DNA of 64,000 nucleotides from Malacoraja senta (lineage: Eukaryota). Under the pieces are notes generated by a model that searched no databases, was not told the origin of the DNA, and saw only the letters and a list, made by a program, of their open reading frames with translations. This document shows positions 1 to 12,299 of the stretch, piece by piece. The first letter of the stretch is position 1. Each line of letters opens with the position of its first letter. The stretch is from assembly GCA_038087875.1 (NCBI GenBank), contig CM075994.1, positions 9,240,001-9,304,000 on the forward strand, given 5' to 3'. Made by a program: the position numbers and the translations under genes.

Positions 1-272
1 GAGGTTGGGTCTCTATTCCTTGGAGCGCAGGAGGATGAGGGGTGATCCTTCAGAGGTGTATAAAATCATTAGAGGAATAGATTGGGTAGATGCACAGAGT
101 CTCTTGCCCAGAGTAGGGGAATCGAGGACCAGAGGACACAGGTTTATGGTGAAGGGGAGAAGATTTAATAGGAATCTGAGGGGTAACCTTTTCACACAAA
201 GGGTGGTGGGGGTATGTTTCCACGCTGTATCTCTAAACTAGAGATATTCATCTCAAATTGATTCTTACTTAC

Positions 273-380
273 CAACCTCTGCAACCCCAAGGTAGCATTG
301 CAGCCCCCAACGGCAGTTAACAGTTTTACCCACGCATTTTTCCGTTGATGCTAAGCAGGAGAAACACCGCAAACAGTTAC
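273..380 (-). CDS. Ly6/uPAR-family gene A, exon 2 (GNCLRCFSCLASTEKCVGKTVNCRWGLQCYLGVAEV); terminal exon lies beyond the left window edge
   Basis: 108-bp phase 1-1 exon bounded by a cAG acceptor and GTAAG donor; LxCxxC...C...C...C three-finger N-terminal pattern; paralogs at 40788 and 63318. Confidence 0.85.
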
Positions 381-1448
381 CTGTACATTGAGAACAAAAC
401 AGAGGAGGTTGTGTGAGAGACACCTGCAGCTCGTTCTGCCGCTGCTCTGAAAACGAGCAACTCCTTTCAATAAACATAGAGCAGTACCAACACAAAATGC
501 TGGAGTAACTCAGCGGGTCAGGCAGCCGCTCTGGAGAAGAGGTACAGGTGATGTTTTGGTCGAGACCCTCCCAAATGCCAACTGTTGTACTGGTTTGAAA
601 GTCGTCTTGTTGAATCTCATTATCTGTAACTCGTTCTCACCTCGCCCACTGCTAACAATGGCCTGTTTCCTTTATCATCTTTTCCTTTTTGCATATCTTT
701 CATTCATTTGTTCAATATCTCTCGATATCACTGCCTATCTCTCGTTTCCCTTTCCCCTGACTCTCAGTCTTGAAGAAGGGTCTCGACCTGAAACTTTTTC
801 AGGTCGAGACCCTTATTCCTTCTCTCCAGATATGCTGCCTGTCCCGCTGAGTTACTCCAGATATTTGTGTTTATTTTTGGTGTAAACCAACATCTGCAGT
901 TCCTTCCTACACCTCAGTGCTGTAGAGCCCTCTGATGTTTACATCATGTAAACAGGCCATTCGGCCCACCGAGTCCGCGCCGACCAGTGATCACCCTGTA
1001 CACTAACACTATCCTACACACTGACAAAGTAGTATCTAATCTTAGATACTAAGATTAGATACTTACAGTTACAGTTTTCCTTTTTGTACTATTATTGTTT
1101 GTTTCATATGTGTGTGTGTGTCTGTGAGTGTGTGTGGCAAGGAACTGCAGATGCTGGTTTACACCGAAGATAGACATAAAATGCTGGAGTAACTCAGCGG
1201 GACAGGCAGCATCTCTGGAGAGAAGGAAGAAGGGTCTCGACTTGAAACGTCACCATTCCTTCTATCTGGGACATCTAACAATAAAACACTCTTGACTTGA
1301 CAATAACTAACTCCATATTCAGTTACAAACTCTCTATGTGAATGAACACACAAGCTAAATGTTTAACCAAGAATTCCAATCCCACTTGAGAATCTAAAAT
1401 GCCTTTCCACAGTTAAACTAGAGAACAACAATAGTTATATTTCCTTAC

Positions 1449-1500
1449 CCGGAGAGGCACTGAGAATGAGACCAGCCACCAGGACCACAAGGCAATTCAT
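1449..1500 (-). CDS. Ly6/uPAR-family gene A, first coding exon (signal peptide MNCLVVLVAGLILSASP-G)
   Basis: ATG at 1500-1498 in aagATG context, 52 bp hydrophobic signal peptide, phase-1 GTAAG donor at 1448-1444; near-identical to the exon at 42102-42153. Confidence 0.85.
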
Positions 1501-1935
1501 CTTTGGATTTGAACAGCTGAGCTTCGAAGGCAAGCGAGAGAACAGGAAAAACTTCAAACAGAAGTCTTCAAATTCCCTGAAATCTGTAGAAGGATCCCAA
1601 CTGGAAACGTCACCAGTCCGTGTTCGCCAGAGATGCTGCCCGACTCACCGAGTTACACCAGCACTCTGAGCCTTTATTGAAAATCCCTTGTGATTTTGAC
1701 AATGGGATGGTGTGATAGAGGTTGGGGGTGGAGGCAAGGAAAAGATCGAATTACTGATGATTACATGATAGAGAAAACCTGAATTACTGGAAGAGATGAG
1801 AATGGGACGAGATTTACGAAAGAGATACGTGCGAAATGCAAAAAATCCCAAATCAGTCATCTGTGGAGAGAAGGAATCAAGGAAGTTGATACAAGGAACT
1901 GCTGGTGCTGGTAACGAACATCCTCCCCACAAAGC

Positions 1936-2130
1936 TCCGGAGTAACTCAGGTGGTCAGGCAACATCTCTAGAGCAACTCAGGTGGTCAGGCATCATCTCT
2001 GGAGTAACTCAGGTGATCAGGCAACATCTCTGGAGTAACTCAGGTGGTCAGGTAACATCTGTGGAGTAACTCAGGTGGTCAGGTAACATCTGTGGAGTAA
2101 CTCAGGTGGTCAGGCAATATCTCTGGAGAA
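1936..2130. repeat. ~31-bp tandem array (GGAGTAACTCAGGTGGTCAGGCAACATCTCT)
   Basis: About 6 adjacent copies of a Penelope-terminus subsegment; related ~58-bp arrays at 42965-43170 and 19820-19980. Confidence 0.85.
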
Positions 2131-2259
2131 CGTAGAGTGGTGATGTTTCCGGTCAGGTCCCTTCTCCAGATTTTAGGGGATGTGGCGGTAGATTTGTTGC
2201 AGATCCTGCTTTTTCCCCAAATCCCTTGAATCCGTTAGCCCCAATAGCTAAATCTAACT

Positions 2260-2445
2260 GTTAAAGAAGGAACTGCAGATGCTGGAAAATCGAAGGTACA
2301 TAAAAATGCTGGAGAAACTCAGCGGGTGCAGCAGCATCTATGGAGCGAAGGAAATAGGCAACGTTTCGGGCCGAAACGTTGCCTATTTCCTTCGCTCCAT
2401 AGATGCTGCTGCACCCGCTGAGTTTCTCCAGCATTTTTGTGTACC
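2260..2445. mobile_element. Fold-back Penelope-derived mini-element with 14-bp TSD
   Basis: ~75-bp near-perfect inverted arms centred near 2370; TSD AGCTAAATCTAACT at 2246-2259 and 2446-2459; arms match the Penelope 3' end at 60725-60840. Confidence 0.85.
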
Positions 2446-4089
2446 AGCTAAATCTAACTCTCTTGATGAGCACAAATAATTATTTGTTAAAGCGAACGCA
2501 AATAAAACACAGAAAACTATCAATAAAGAAACAATACTAAATAACTCTTACTCCCCTCTGCGTATAAGCAAGTTCGGTTTTACAACTGAGCATGCCCAGG
2601 TCATAGGTCATTCGGGATAAACACTCGCCAGCTGAGCGACTGTGTGTGTACGGACCTGCGTATTAATTTCAAGGAGATTCATAAATAAATGTATCCGTCA
2701 AATATGTCAGCAGTCGGCCACAGCGTACTGTAGGCTGCACTAATCCACAATTATTGACTCAGTACAGCAACAGCCCTGAAAACGCAAGAATGCCTGGAAC
2801 GAACCTGTTAATGATCAAATCCCTGGCATTAGTCTGAGTCACAGCCATTCAAATTCGATATTGATTTACACGAATTGCAAGTTGTGTGGTCAACCAATTT
2901 GAGACGGTCCTTACATTCCTATCTAAACAACCTTCCTGGATAGAAGGAAACCAGGAGAATGTGCTGTGTGGGGGGTGGGTTGGAAAGTTCAGATTGGATT
3001 CCAGAAGGCTGCTTAAACTTTCCAGGTGGGTTGGCTTAAATAAAGATGCTGTCACTTTAACCTCGGGTTGGTTCAAATCAAAGTCAAAGTCAATTTTATT
3101 CGTCACGTGCAGTGAAATGAATTTGCCAGCTGCGATACACTTAAAAAGAACACACAATGCACAATAGAATTTAACAAACATCCACCACAGCATTCTCCAC
3201 TGTGATGGAAGGCAACAAAGTTCAGTCAGTCCACCCGTGGTCAGGGCCATGAACCCTCCGTAGTCGCCGCTACGGACGGCCGGATGTACTGGCCCTCTCG
3301 TTGGGATGATCAAATCTCCAACGTCGGGACAGTCAAACACACTCCGCGGCTTGGAGGTCCCGACTCGGCACTTTCCTACCGGAGACCGCAGCTTCAGGAT
3401 GTTATAGGCCGCAGGCCGGCGGTCGGAGCTCTTCTCAGGCGATCCCCGGCAACAGATCCCAGGCTCAAGATGGTAAGTGCACGCCACGCTAGAAGCTCCG
3501 CAGACCACAACCCCACAATGTCAAAGTCACCAGGCCAGCGATTGGAGCATTCCTCTCTGGCGACCCCCGGCAAGGGTTTGCCCCGGCTCTGCAATGGAAA
3601 GTTCTGGGCCCGACTCCGGTAAAGGCTGCTCCAATCCATGCTGTTAGGCCGTGAGGGAGGCGACATGGTAAAAGTCGCCTCTCTCTGGAGTCTGTCAGGG
3701 CACACAGTTGGGAGTCGGGTCCGGGTGACCGGGCGGTGATAATTATGATAATTTGAAAGGTCTCGACCCGAATTGTAACCTATCCATGTTCTCCAGAGAT
3801 GCTGCCTGACCCGCTGAGTTCATAAGTGATAGGAGCAGAATTAACCATTTGGCCCATCAAGTCCACTCCGCCATTCACTCGTGGCTGACCTATCTCTCCC
3901 TCATAAACCCATTCTCCTGCCTTCTCCCCATAACCTCTGACACCCGCACTAATCAAGAATCTATGCGTTAAAAATATCCATTTACTTCGCCTCCACAACA
4001 GTCATATGTTGAAAGAATGGAGTGACTGGGCTTGTATACACTGGAATTTAGAAGGATGAGAGGGGATCTTATTGAAACATATAAGATTA

Positions 4090-4425
4090 CTAGACTAAGT
4101 GGGACCCGTTGAGTCCCAGCTTCACACGGGAGGGCTGGTCCCCCAACACAATAATCCACCTCTCCACCAATTCCAAGATTGCCAGCCAGTGTGGGGGGGA
4201 GGGGGGGGGGCTTTCTAGAGTGCTAGCATGGGTGTTGTGGGCCGAAGGGACTGGTTTCCAGAGGGCTAGAATGGATATTGTGGGCCGAATGGATTCTTGG
4301 GCTGGCTGATCAGTCAATCAGGCCTGGCAGCTCAGTAACTCAAGCCTTGCAGGTTGGTAGCTCAGAAACTGCGAGAAATTCTGCCGAAAACAGGTGAGAG
4401 ACTGAGTGAGAAGGGGGAGAGGGTG
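4090..4425 (-). mobile_element. Helitron 3' portion
   Basis: CTAG and hairpin at 4090-4117; inverted homology to 8280-8522 and 45880-46107. Confidence 0.7.
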
Positions 4426-7400
4426 GAATTTGGTGGCCTTGCACACTGCTTGAAGTGGCACGAAACTGCACTTGAATTTGGTGGCCTTGCACCCTGCTTG
4501 AAGTGGCATGAAACTGCACTTGAATTTGGTGGCCTTGCACCCTGCTAGAAGTGGCATGATACTGCACTTGAATTTGGTGGCCCTGCACCCTGCACCCTGC
4601 TTGAAGTGGCATGGCACTGCACTTGAATTTGGTGGTCCTGTTCCTTGCTTGAAGTGGCATGAAACTGCACTTGAATTTGGTGGCCCTGCACCCTGCTTGA
4701 AGTGGTAGGAAACTGCATTTGAATTTGGTGGCCCTGCACCCTGCTTGAAGTGGTATGAAACTGCACTTGAATTTGGTGGCGTTGCACCCTGCATGAACTG
4801 GTATGAAACTGAGCTTGAATTTGGTGGCCTTGCACCCTGCTTGAAATGGCATGAAACTGCGCTTGAATTTTTTTTAAATTAAAAAAAATAATAATAATAA
4901 TAATTTATTTTTTATTAGAAGTATTTTACATTACAGTAATCTGCAATAACGTAAATTTATACAGTTCTTGTACCACTTCTGTTTTTCAACTTTAATAGAA
5001 AAAAAGGATAGAAAGAGCTAGCAAAGACAGCCAGTGAGTGAATGAAAAAGTGGTCCAGGAACACACATGTGAACCTAAACCACAAGAAGTAGTTAAAGAA
5101 GAAAAGAAAAAAAGAGAAAAAAGAAAATAAGATAGGGCAATATGAAAGGGATGTACCTACTTCTTATCTTTACTCACCCCTCGCCAGGTCCTAAAACCAT
5201 TTATTATCAACATTTTGTTGCACCCTATGTTTGTAATAAGTCGATATATGGAGACCAAATCTTTTGGAATTGGTCTTGTTTACCTGCTAGGAGGAATCTC
5301 ATATCTTCTAGATGTAACAATTCCGACATATTAGAAGTCCACATATTTATTGTTGGCATAGGAGCATTTTTCCAAAATTTCAGTATCAGTTTTAATGTCG
5401 TTATTAAGCCATAACTTAGAAAACTCCTTTGAAATGCAGTCAGCTCCAAACTTGCTGCTATTGTTCAAAATATAATCAGTTCTGCATTCGGTTTCAGTTT
5501 TATTTTAAATAATTTAGTGAAAATTTCAAAAATTTAATTCCAAAATTTTTGAATTTTTATACAAAAAACAAAAGAATGTGCTATAGTTGATTCTTGGACT
5601 AGGCATTTATCACAGTTAGCAGAGGTATTTGGGTAAAATTTACTTAATTTAGCTTTTGAATAATATAATCTATGTAAAATTTTAAATCGAATCAGAGTAT
5701 GTCTTACGTTAATCGAACATTTATGCACATATAATAGATGTTTATCCCAACTCTCTTTCGAGATTTTTATAGCTAGTTCCTGTTCCCATTCTCTTCTAAT
5801 CCCGTCCGATGATGGAATTTCTATATTTAAAATGGAATTATATAGGTATGATATTAAATTAGCTGATTCCGCTTTTATATTCATTATCCCATCTAATAGG
5901 TCAGGAGACATATTTTGATATTCTCGTGTATACTTTTTCAAATAGTCACGTAGTTGAAAATATTTGAAATATTGATTACTATTCAAGTTGTATTTAAGTT
6001 GTAATTGGTGAAATGTTAAAATACTTCCATTATCATACATATCTCCAAACGTTTTAATTCCTACTCTTTCCCAATTTATAAAAGCTCTATCTATCATAGA
6101 AGGTTTAAACGAAGGGTTATTCATTATAGGTGAAAGAAGTGATAGATTTCTTAATTTTAACGTTAATTTTATTTGTTTCCAAATTCTAATTGTACTATGA
6201 ATAATTGGATTTTTACTATATATTGTATTCTTTATTTTTGTTGGTGAGAGAAGGATCGCTCCTATGTTAAAAGGGGAACAGTCCTCTCTCTCCATTACCA
6301 TCCAATCCACCTGCTGGGCCGAATTGTCCAACAGGTGAATCATATTTTTGACATTTGTGGCCCAATAATAATATAAAAAATTGGGGAGTGATAATCCACC
6401 AAATTCCTTAGGTTTACACAAATGTTTTCTTTGGATTCTGTGGGATTTATAGTCCCATATAAAATTTGTAATATCAGCATCCAATTTAAAAAAAAGATTT
6501 TTTGGTAAGTATATCGGTATTGACTGGAATAGATATAGAATTTGTGGCAAAAAGATCATTTTTATAGCATTTATTCGGCCTATAAGAGACATCAGGAGGG
6601 TTTTCCAGAATTTAATCAATGTGTTTAGTTTATTGAGTAAGGGCATATAGTTTGCATTAAATAGAGATTTATATTTTCTAGTAATTTCAATTCCCAAATA
6701 TTTAAATTTTTCTGAAGCGATTTTAAAAGGAATTTTAACAGGTGTGTCGATTCTTGAGGTTTAATCGTCATAATTTCACTTTTATTCCAATTTATTCTAT
6801 ATCCTGAAAAGGATCCAAATTCCTCAATTAAATTTAATATATTTGGTATACTAGTTTGTGATTTTGTAATATATAGTGGTACATTATCTGCATATAAAGA
6901 TATCTTATTATTTGAATATTTTGTATTGTACCCATGAATATTCGGATTATCCTAATACTTTCCGCTAAACGGTTCTATTACAAGAGCAAATAGCAGAGGT
7001 GATAATGAACACCCCTGTCTATTTCCCTTGATAACTGAAATTTCAAGGACAAAATATTATTAGTTAATATTTATGCCGTAGGCCTATCATATAATAATTT
7101 TACCCAAGCGATAAAATTCTCTCCCACTTGAAATTTTTGCAATACTTTAACCATATAATCCCATTCCACTTGATCAAATGCTTTTTCTGCATCCAGTGAA
7201 ATAATTGATAAGTCTTGCTCTTCGGTTTTATGTGAGTGCATTATATTAAACAGACGTCTCAGGTTATTGCTTGAATATCTCTTGGGTATAAACCCTGTTT
7301 GATCCGGATTTATTAATTTACTGACATAGTTACTTAGCCTTCTAGCTAATGTTTTCGCTAATATTTTTTGACCTGTATTTAACAGCGCAATAGCTCTATA

Positions 7401-8522
7401 AGAACCCGGATCTTCTAAATCTTTACCTTTTTTAGGTATAAGCGTAATCGTTGACTCCGCCAATGTTTCTGGTAGTGTATGTTCTTTAAAAGCATATGTA
7501 TACATTTTATGTAGTCGTGGTGTAATTATCTCGTAAAATCATTTATAAAATTCATTACTAAAACCATCTGGTCCTGGAGTTTTTCCATTCTTTAATGTAT
7601 TTATTGTTTCTTCTATTTCCTTAGTTGAGACTTGTGCACTAATTCCTCTTGTTCACTCACATTGAGTTTTGGAGATTACAATTATCCAGGAACTCTCTAA
7701 CTTTGGTACTATCTGCTACCGCTTTAGATGTATATAAATTTTGATAAAATTGAGCGAATCTTTTATTAATATCCTTAGGTAGTGTTAACAATTCCCCTTT
7801 ATCTGATTTAATCTTTAAAATCGTGTGGTCCTTTTCCCATTTTGTCAGTTGTCGAGCCAGAAGCTTGTGTGGTTTATCCCCAAATTCAAAATTTAAACTG
7901 CGCTTGAATTTGGTGGCCTTTCACCCTGCTTGAAATGGCATGAAACTGCACTTGAATTCGGTGGCTTTGCACCTTCCTTGAAATGGCATGAAACTGCACT
8001 TGAATTTGATCGCCATGCACCTTGATTGAAATGACATGAAACTGCACTTGAATTTGGTGGCCTTGCACCCTGCTTGAAATGGTATGAAACTGCACTTGAA
8101 TTTGGTGGCCTTGCACCCTGCTTGAAATGGTATGAAACTGCACTTGAATTTGGTGGCCTTGCACCCTGCTTGAAATGGTAGGAAACTGCATTTGATTTTG
8201 GTGACCTTGCACCCTGCTTGAAATGGAATTTCAAGGAAAAGCCGTGACTCAACTGCCAGCCCACCAGCTGTGAGTGAGTGAGCTGCCAGCACAACAGGCT
8301 TGAGTGACTGAGGTGCCAGCCCAAGAATCCATTTGGCCCACAATGTCCATACTAGCCCTCTGGAAACCAGTCCCTTCAGCCCACAACACCCATGCTAGAG
8401 CTCCAGAAAGCTCCCCTCCCCACTGGCCACCAATATTGGAATTGGTTGAGAGGTGGAATATTGCATTGGGGGACCAGCCCTCCCGTGTGATGTTGGGACC
8501 CAACGGGTCTCACTTAGTCTAG
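4426..8522 (+). mobile_element. Helitron 3' portion with ~48-bp minisatellite, interrupted by L1
   Basis: Unit TGAAACTGCACTTGAATTTGGTGGCCTTGCACCCTGCTTGAAGTGGCA at 4426-4870 and 7895-8225; terminal hairpin and CTAG ending 8522. Confidence 0.7.
4871..7894 (-). mobile_element. 5'-truncated L1-clade LINE (degenerate ORF2) with 17-bp TSD
   Basis: ORFs 5534-6697 and 7071-7505 (LIPKKGKD...YRAIALLN, SLDAEKAFD, GGLSLPN); T-rich tail at 4871; TSD AAACTGCGCTTGAATTT at 4854-4870 and 7895-7911. Confidence 0.9.
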
Positions 8523-8985
8523 ATAGAAACATAGAAACATAGAAAATAGGTGCCGGAGTAGGCCATTCAGCTCTTCGAGCCTGCACCGCCATTCAATATG
8601 ATCATGGCTGATCTTCCAACTCAGTATCCGTACCTGCCTTCTCTCCATACCCCCTGATCCCTTTAGCCACAAGGGCCACATCTAACTCCCTCTTAAATAT
8701 AGCCAATGAACTGGACTCAACTACCTTCTGTGGCAGAGAGTTCCAGAGATTCACCACTCTCTGTGTGAAAACGTTTTTCTCATAGAAAAAAGTTAGTCCA
8801 GTATATATGGTAAACATTTGCGGCCCCAACACCGAGCCTTGCGGCAATCCACTCGTCAATTCCTGCCATTCTGAAAAGGACCCGTTCACTCCTACTCTTT
8901 GCTTCCTATCTGCCAACCAATATTCTATCCATGTCAACACCCTACCCCAATACCATGTGCTCTAATTTTAGTCACCAGTCTCACG
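8523..8985 (-). mobile_element. CR1 LINE fragments (3' end plus RT piece)
   Basis: (ATAGAAAC)n tail and WIEYWLADRKQRVGVNG..GLPQGSVLGP; similar 3' fragments at 10197-10650, 17343-17765, 20040-20325. Confidence 0.75.
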
Positions 8986-9312
8986 GAATGATCAGCCATG
9001 GTCACATTGAATGGCGGTGCTCGCTCGAAGGGCCGAATGGCCTACTCCTGCACCTATTGTCTATTAATTCTGAGGTTATGACCTCTGGTCCTAGACTCTC
9101 CCACTTGTGGAAATATCCTCCACGTTCAATCAATCCATAATCAATAACTACGCCAGCAATAAACCAATGGCCATTCAATGGAGAGTTCAGAAAAGGCCTT
9201 GTTGAATCTATTGTTGTTGCTTGCTGCTTCACGGCATTTCATAGACTCTGGCATCTTTTGGTCCCCACCCAAGCAACCCAATCATCCACGTTTTGCATTA
9301 ACTAAGCAAAAT

Positions 9313-9900
9313 CGGGTCACGGTGGCGCAGTGCTAGAGTTGCTGCCTTGCAGCGCCGGAGACCCGGGTTCAATCCAACCACTGGTGCTGTCTGTGTGGAG
9401 TTTGTACCTTCTCCCATGACCGCATGGGTTTTCTCCGAGATCTTGGGTTTCCTCCCACACTCCAAAGACGTGCAGGTTTGTAGGTTAATTGGCTTTTAGA
9501 ATGGAGAGTTGTGAGTCTTTGGAGTTCTCTGCCTCAGAGGGCGGTGGAGGCCGGTTCTCTGGATACTTTCAAGAGAGAGCTAGATAGGGCTCTTAAAGTT
9601 AGCGGAGTCAGGGGAAATGGAGAGAAGGCAGGAACGGGGTACTGATTGGAGATGATCAGCCATGATCACATTGAATGGCGGTGCTGGCTCGATGGCCTTC
9701 TCGTGCACCTATTGTCTATTGTCTATTGTCTATTGTCTATTGTCTATTGTCTATTATCTATTGTCTATTGTCTATTGGTATAAGTGTAAATTGTCCCCAG
9801 TGCGTTTAGGGTGGTGTTAATGTGCGGGGATCACTGGCTGGCGCGGACTCGGTGGGCCGAAGGGCCTGTTTCCGCGCTGTATCTCTAAACTAAACTAAAC
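9313..9900 (+). mobile_element. tRNA-derived V-SINE (HE1-like) split by a CR1 3' fragment at about 9497-9775
   Basis: A-box GGTGGCGCAG, B-box GGTTCAATCC, V-domain GTGTGGAGTTTGT...GGGTTTCCTCCCAC, (CTAAA)n tail; other copies near 17035-17320, 18585-18860, 20535-20805, 60850-61012. Confidence 0.75.
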
Positions 9901-10651
9901 CTTCCCGATCCGAAGCGTCGCCTGTCCTTTTCCACCAAAGACACTGCCTGACCCGCTGAGTTACTCCAGCACTCTGTCTATTTTTGGTATAATCTAATAT
10001 CTGCAGTTTCTTTGTGCTGCAGATACGCCCCACTGTTGCTTGTTGTTTAGAGGAACACCGTCTTCCACATTACCCCACTACAGATATATTTTGGTCTAAA
10101 AGTAGACCTGCTTCCCTCTACAAAACAGGAAATGTAATTAAAAGAGAGAACTGAAGTTTACATGAAAGGCAAAGAATTTGCATCAGTAATTTGCATCATA
10201 GAAACATAGAAACATAGAAAATAGGTGCAGGAGTAGGCCATTCGGCCCTTCGAGCCTGCACCGCCATTCAATATGATTATGGCTGATCATCCAACTCAGT
10301 ATCCTGTACCTGCATTGTCTCCATACCCCCTGATCCCTTTAGCCACAAGTGCCACATCTAACTCCCTCTTAAATATAGCCAATGAACTGGCCTCAACTAC
10401 CTTCTGTGGCAGAGAATTCCAGAGATTCACCACTCTCTGTGTAAAAATGTTTTCCTCATCTCGGTCCTAAAAGACTTCCCCCTTTACCCTTAAACTGTGA
10501 CCCCGTGGTTCTGGACTTCCCCAACATCGGGAACAATCTTCCTGCATCTAGCCTGTCCAACCCCTTAAGAATTTTGTAAGTTTCTATAAGATCCCCCCTC
10601 AATCTTCTAAATTCTAGCGAGTACAAGCCGAGTCTATCCAGTCTTTCTTCA

Positions 10652-11650
10652 GGCCCGCACCTGTCCTTCACTATCACCCTGAGCACCAGCACACCACAGG
10701 GCTGTGTACTGAGCCCCATGCTCTGCTCCCTATTCACACACGACTGTGTTCCTGCATTCGACACCAACACCATTGTCAAGTTTGCAGACGACACAACGGT
10801 GATCGGGCTGATCACAAAGGTGATGAAACACACTACAGAGCGGAGGTGCAGAACCTGGCGGACTGGTGCTCAGATAACAACCTGTCCGTAAACACCTCTA
10901 AGACCAAGGAGCTGATTATCAACTTCAGAAGGACACATAATGGGGAATACGCTCCAATCTCTATCAACGGGGGACAGTGTGGAGAGAGTGTCCAGCTTTA
11001 AGTTTCTGGGCACACACATTTCAGAGGACCTCACATGGTCCACCAACACCGCTGCGCTGGTCAAGAAGGCACAGCAACGACTGTTCTTCCTGCATCACAG
11101 AGAGCATCCTAACATATGACATCTTTGTGTGGTATCTCAGCTGCACGGAGGCGGAGAGGAGAGCTCTTCAGCGCGTCGTCCACAGAGCGCAGAAGATAAT
11201 TGGGACAGAGCTACCAGCCTTGGAGGGCATCTACTACACACGGTGCCTCAGGAAGGCCGTCAGCATTCACAAAGACTCCTCACACCCTTGCAATAGTCTG
11301 TTCGAACGTCTACCTTCCGGCAGACGTTACAAGGCCTTCTACGCCCGCACCTCCAGACTTAGGAACAGCTTCATCCCCAGAGCTATAGCTGCTCTGAACC
11401 GGCCCTGCTGAGTGCCCACCCCCCAAGGAACTGTCTCCCTCGGATGGTCACGTCACACATCGACCCGGCACAGACACATTTGCACTTTATATTGTTTTAC
11501 TGTTTTACTATATATTTTTTTTATAAATCATGTTTCTCTGGGTATCTAAATTTTTAGCTGATTAAGTTATGACATCGGATGGAAGCTGCATACCAAATCT
11601 CGTTGCACCTATGTGCAATGACAATAAAAGATATTATTATTATTATTACT
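10652..11650 (+). mobile_element. Rex1/Babar-clade LINE fragment, degenerate
   Basis: Homologous to 13600-14590 with an internal deletion; (TAT)n tail. Confidence 0.82.
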
Positions 11651-12299
11651 AACCTCGGCAAATCAATGTAATTTTTTTTACAATTTGACCATTGTGTGTC
11701 TTTGGAGTATGCAAAGAAACTGGAGCACCCGGACAAACCCCATACTGTCACTTGATTCCATAAACCACATTGCCTTGCAGGTTTCCATTGTTGAGTTTCG
11801 GTAATAAATTTGAATAGTGTTTCTTTTACAAATATCCCTCGCCACCATCTTGCGAATGCCTTTGTTTTGTCCAGACCACACTCTGACTTCCAAATGAGCA
11901 GCGATAAACGTGACTGCATTCTAATACTTGGGTATGTTTTTGAGAGATTGCGTGCTGAACCCGAACACAATAGACAATAGGTGCAGGAGGAGGCCATTCG
12001 GCCCTTCGAGCCAGCACCGCCATTCAATTTGATCATAGCTGATCATCCCCAATCAGTACCCCGTTCCTGCCTTCTCCCCATATCCCCTGACTCCGCTATC
12101 TTTAAGAGCCCTATCCAGCTCTCTCTTGAAAGTTTCCAGACAACCGGCCTCCACCGCCCTCTGAGGCAGAGAATTGCACAGACTCACAACTCTCTGTGTG
12201 AAAAAGTGAAACAAGTGGGCATTTTATACTTTTGCGCACGTTTAGTGTATTGTTACGTCTGCTGAGGTACGGTAAAGAAATTCCTCCTCCGTCTCCTTT

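Noticed and set aside
2849..3705. GC-rich overlapping ORFs (also 12323-13011 and 47415-48079)
   Set aside because: They lie inside repeated non-coding retroposon or Helitron bodies and show no recognisable domain
4318..4852. Repetitive ORFs (QGAGPPNSSAVS.., GCKATKFKCSF..), also at 7886-8343
   Set aside because: Translations of a 48-bp minisatellite that is open in several frames
9313..9385. tRNA gene
   Set aside because: A/B boxes belong to the tRNA-derived head of a V-SINE and are followed by the SINE core and tail
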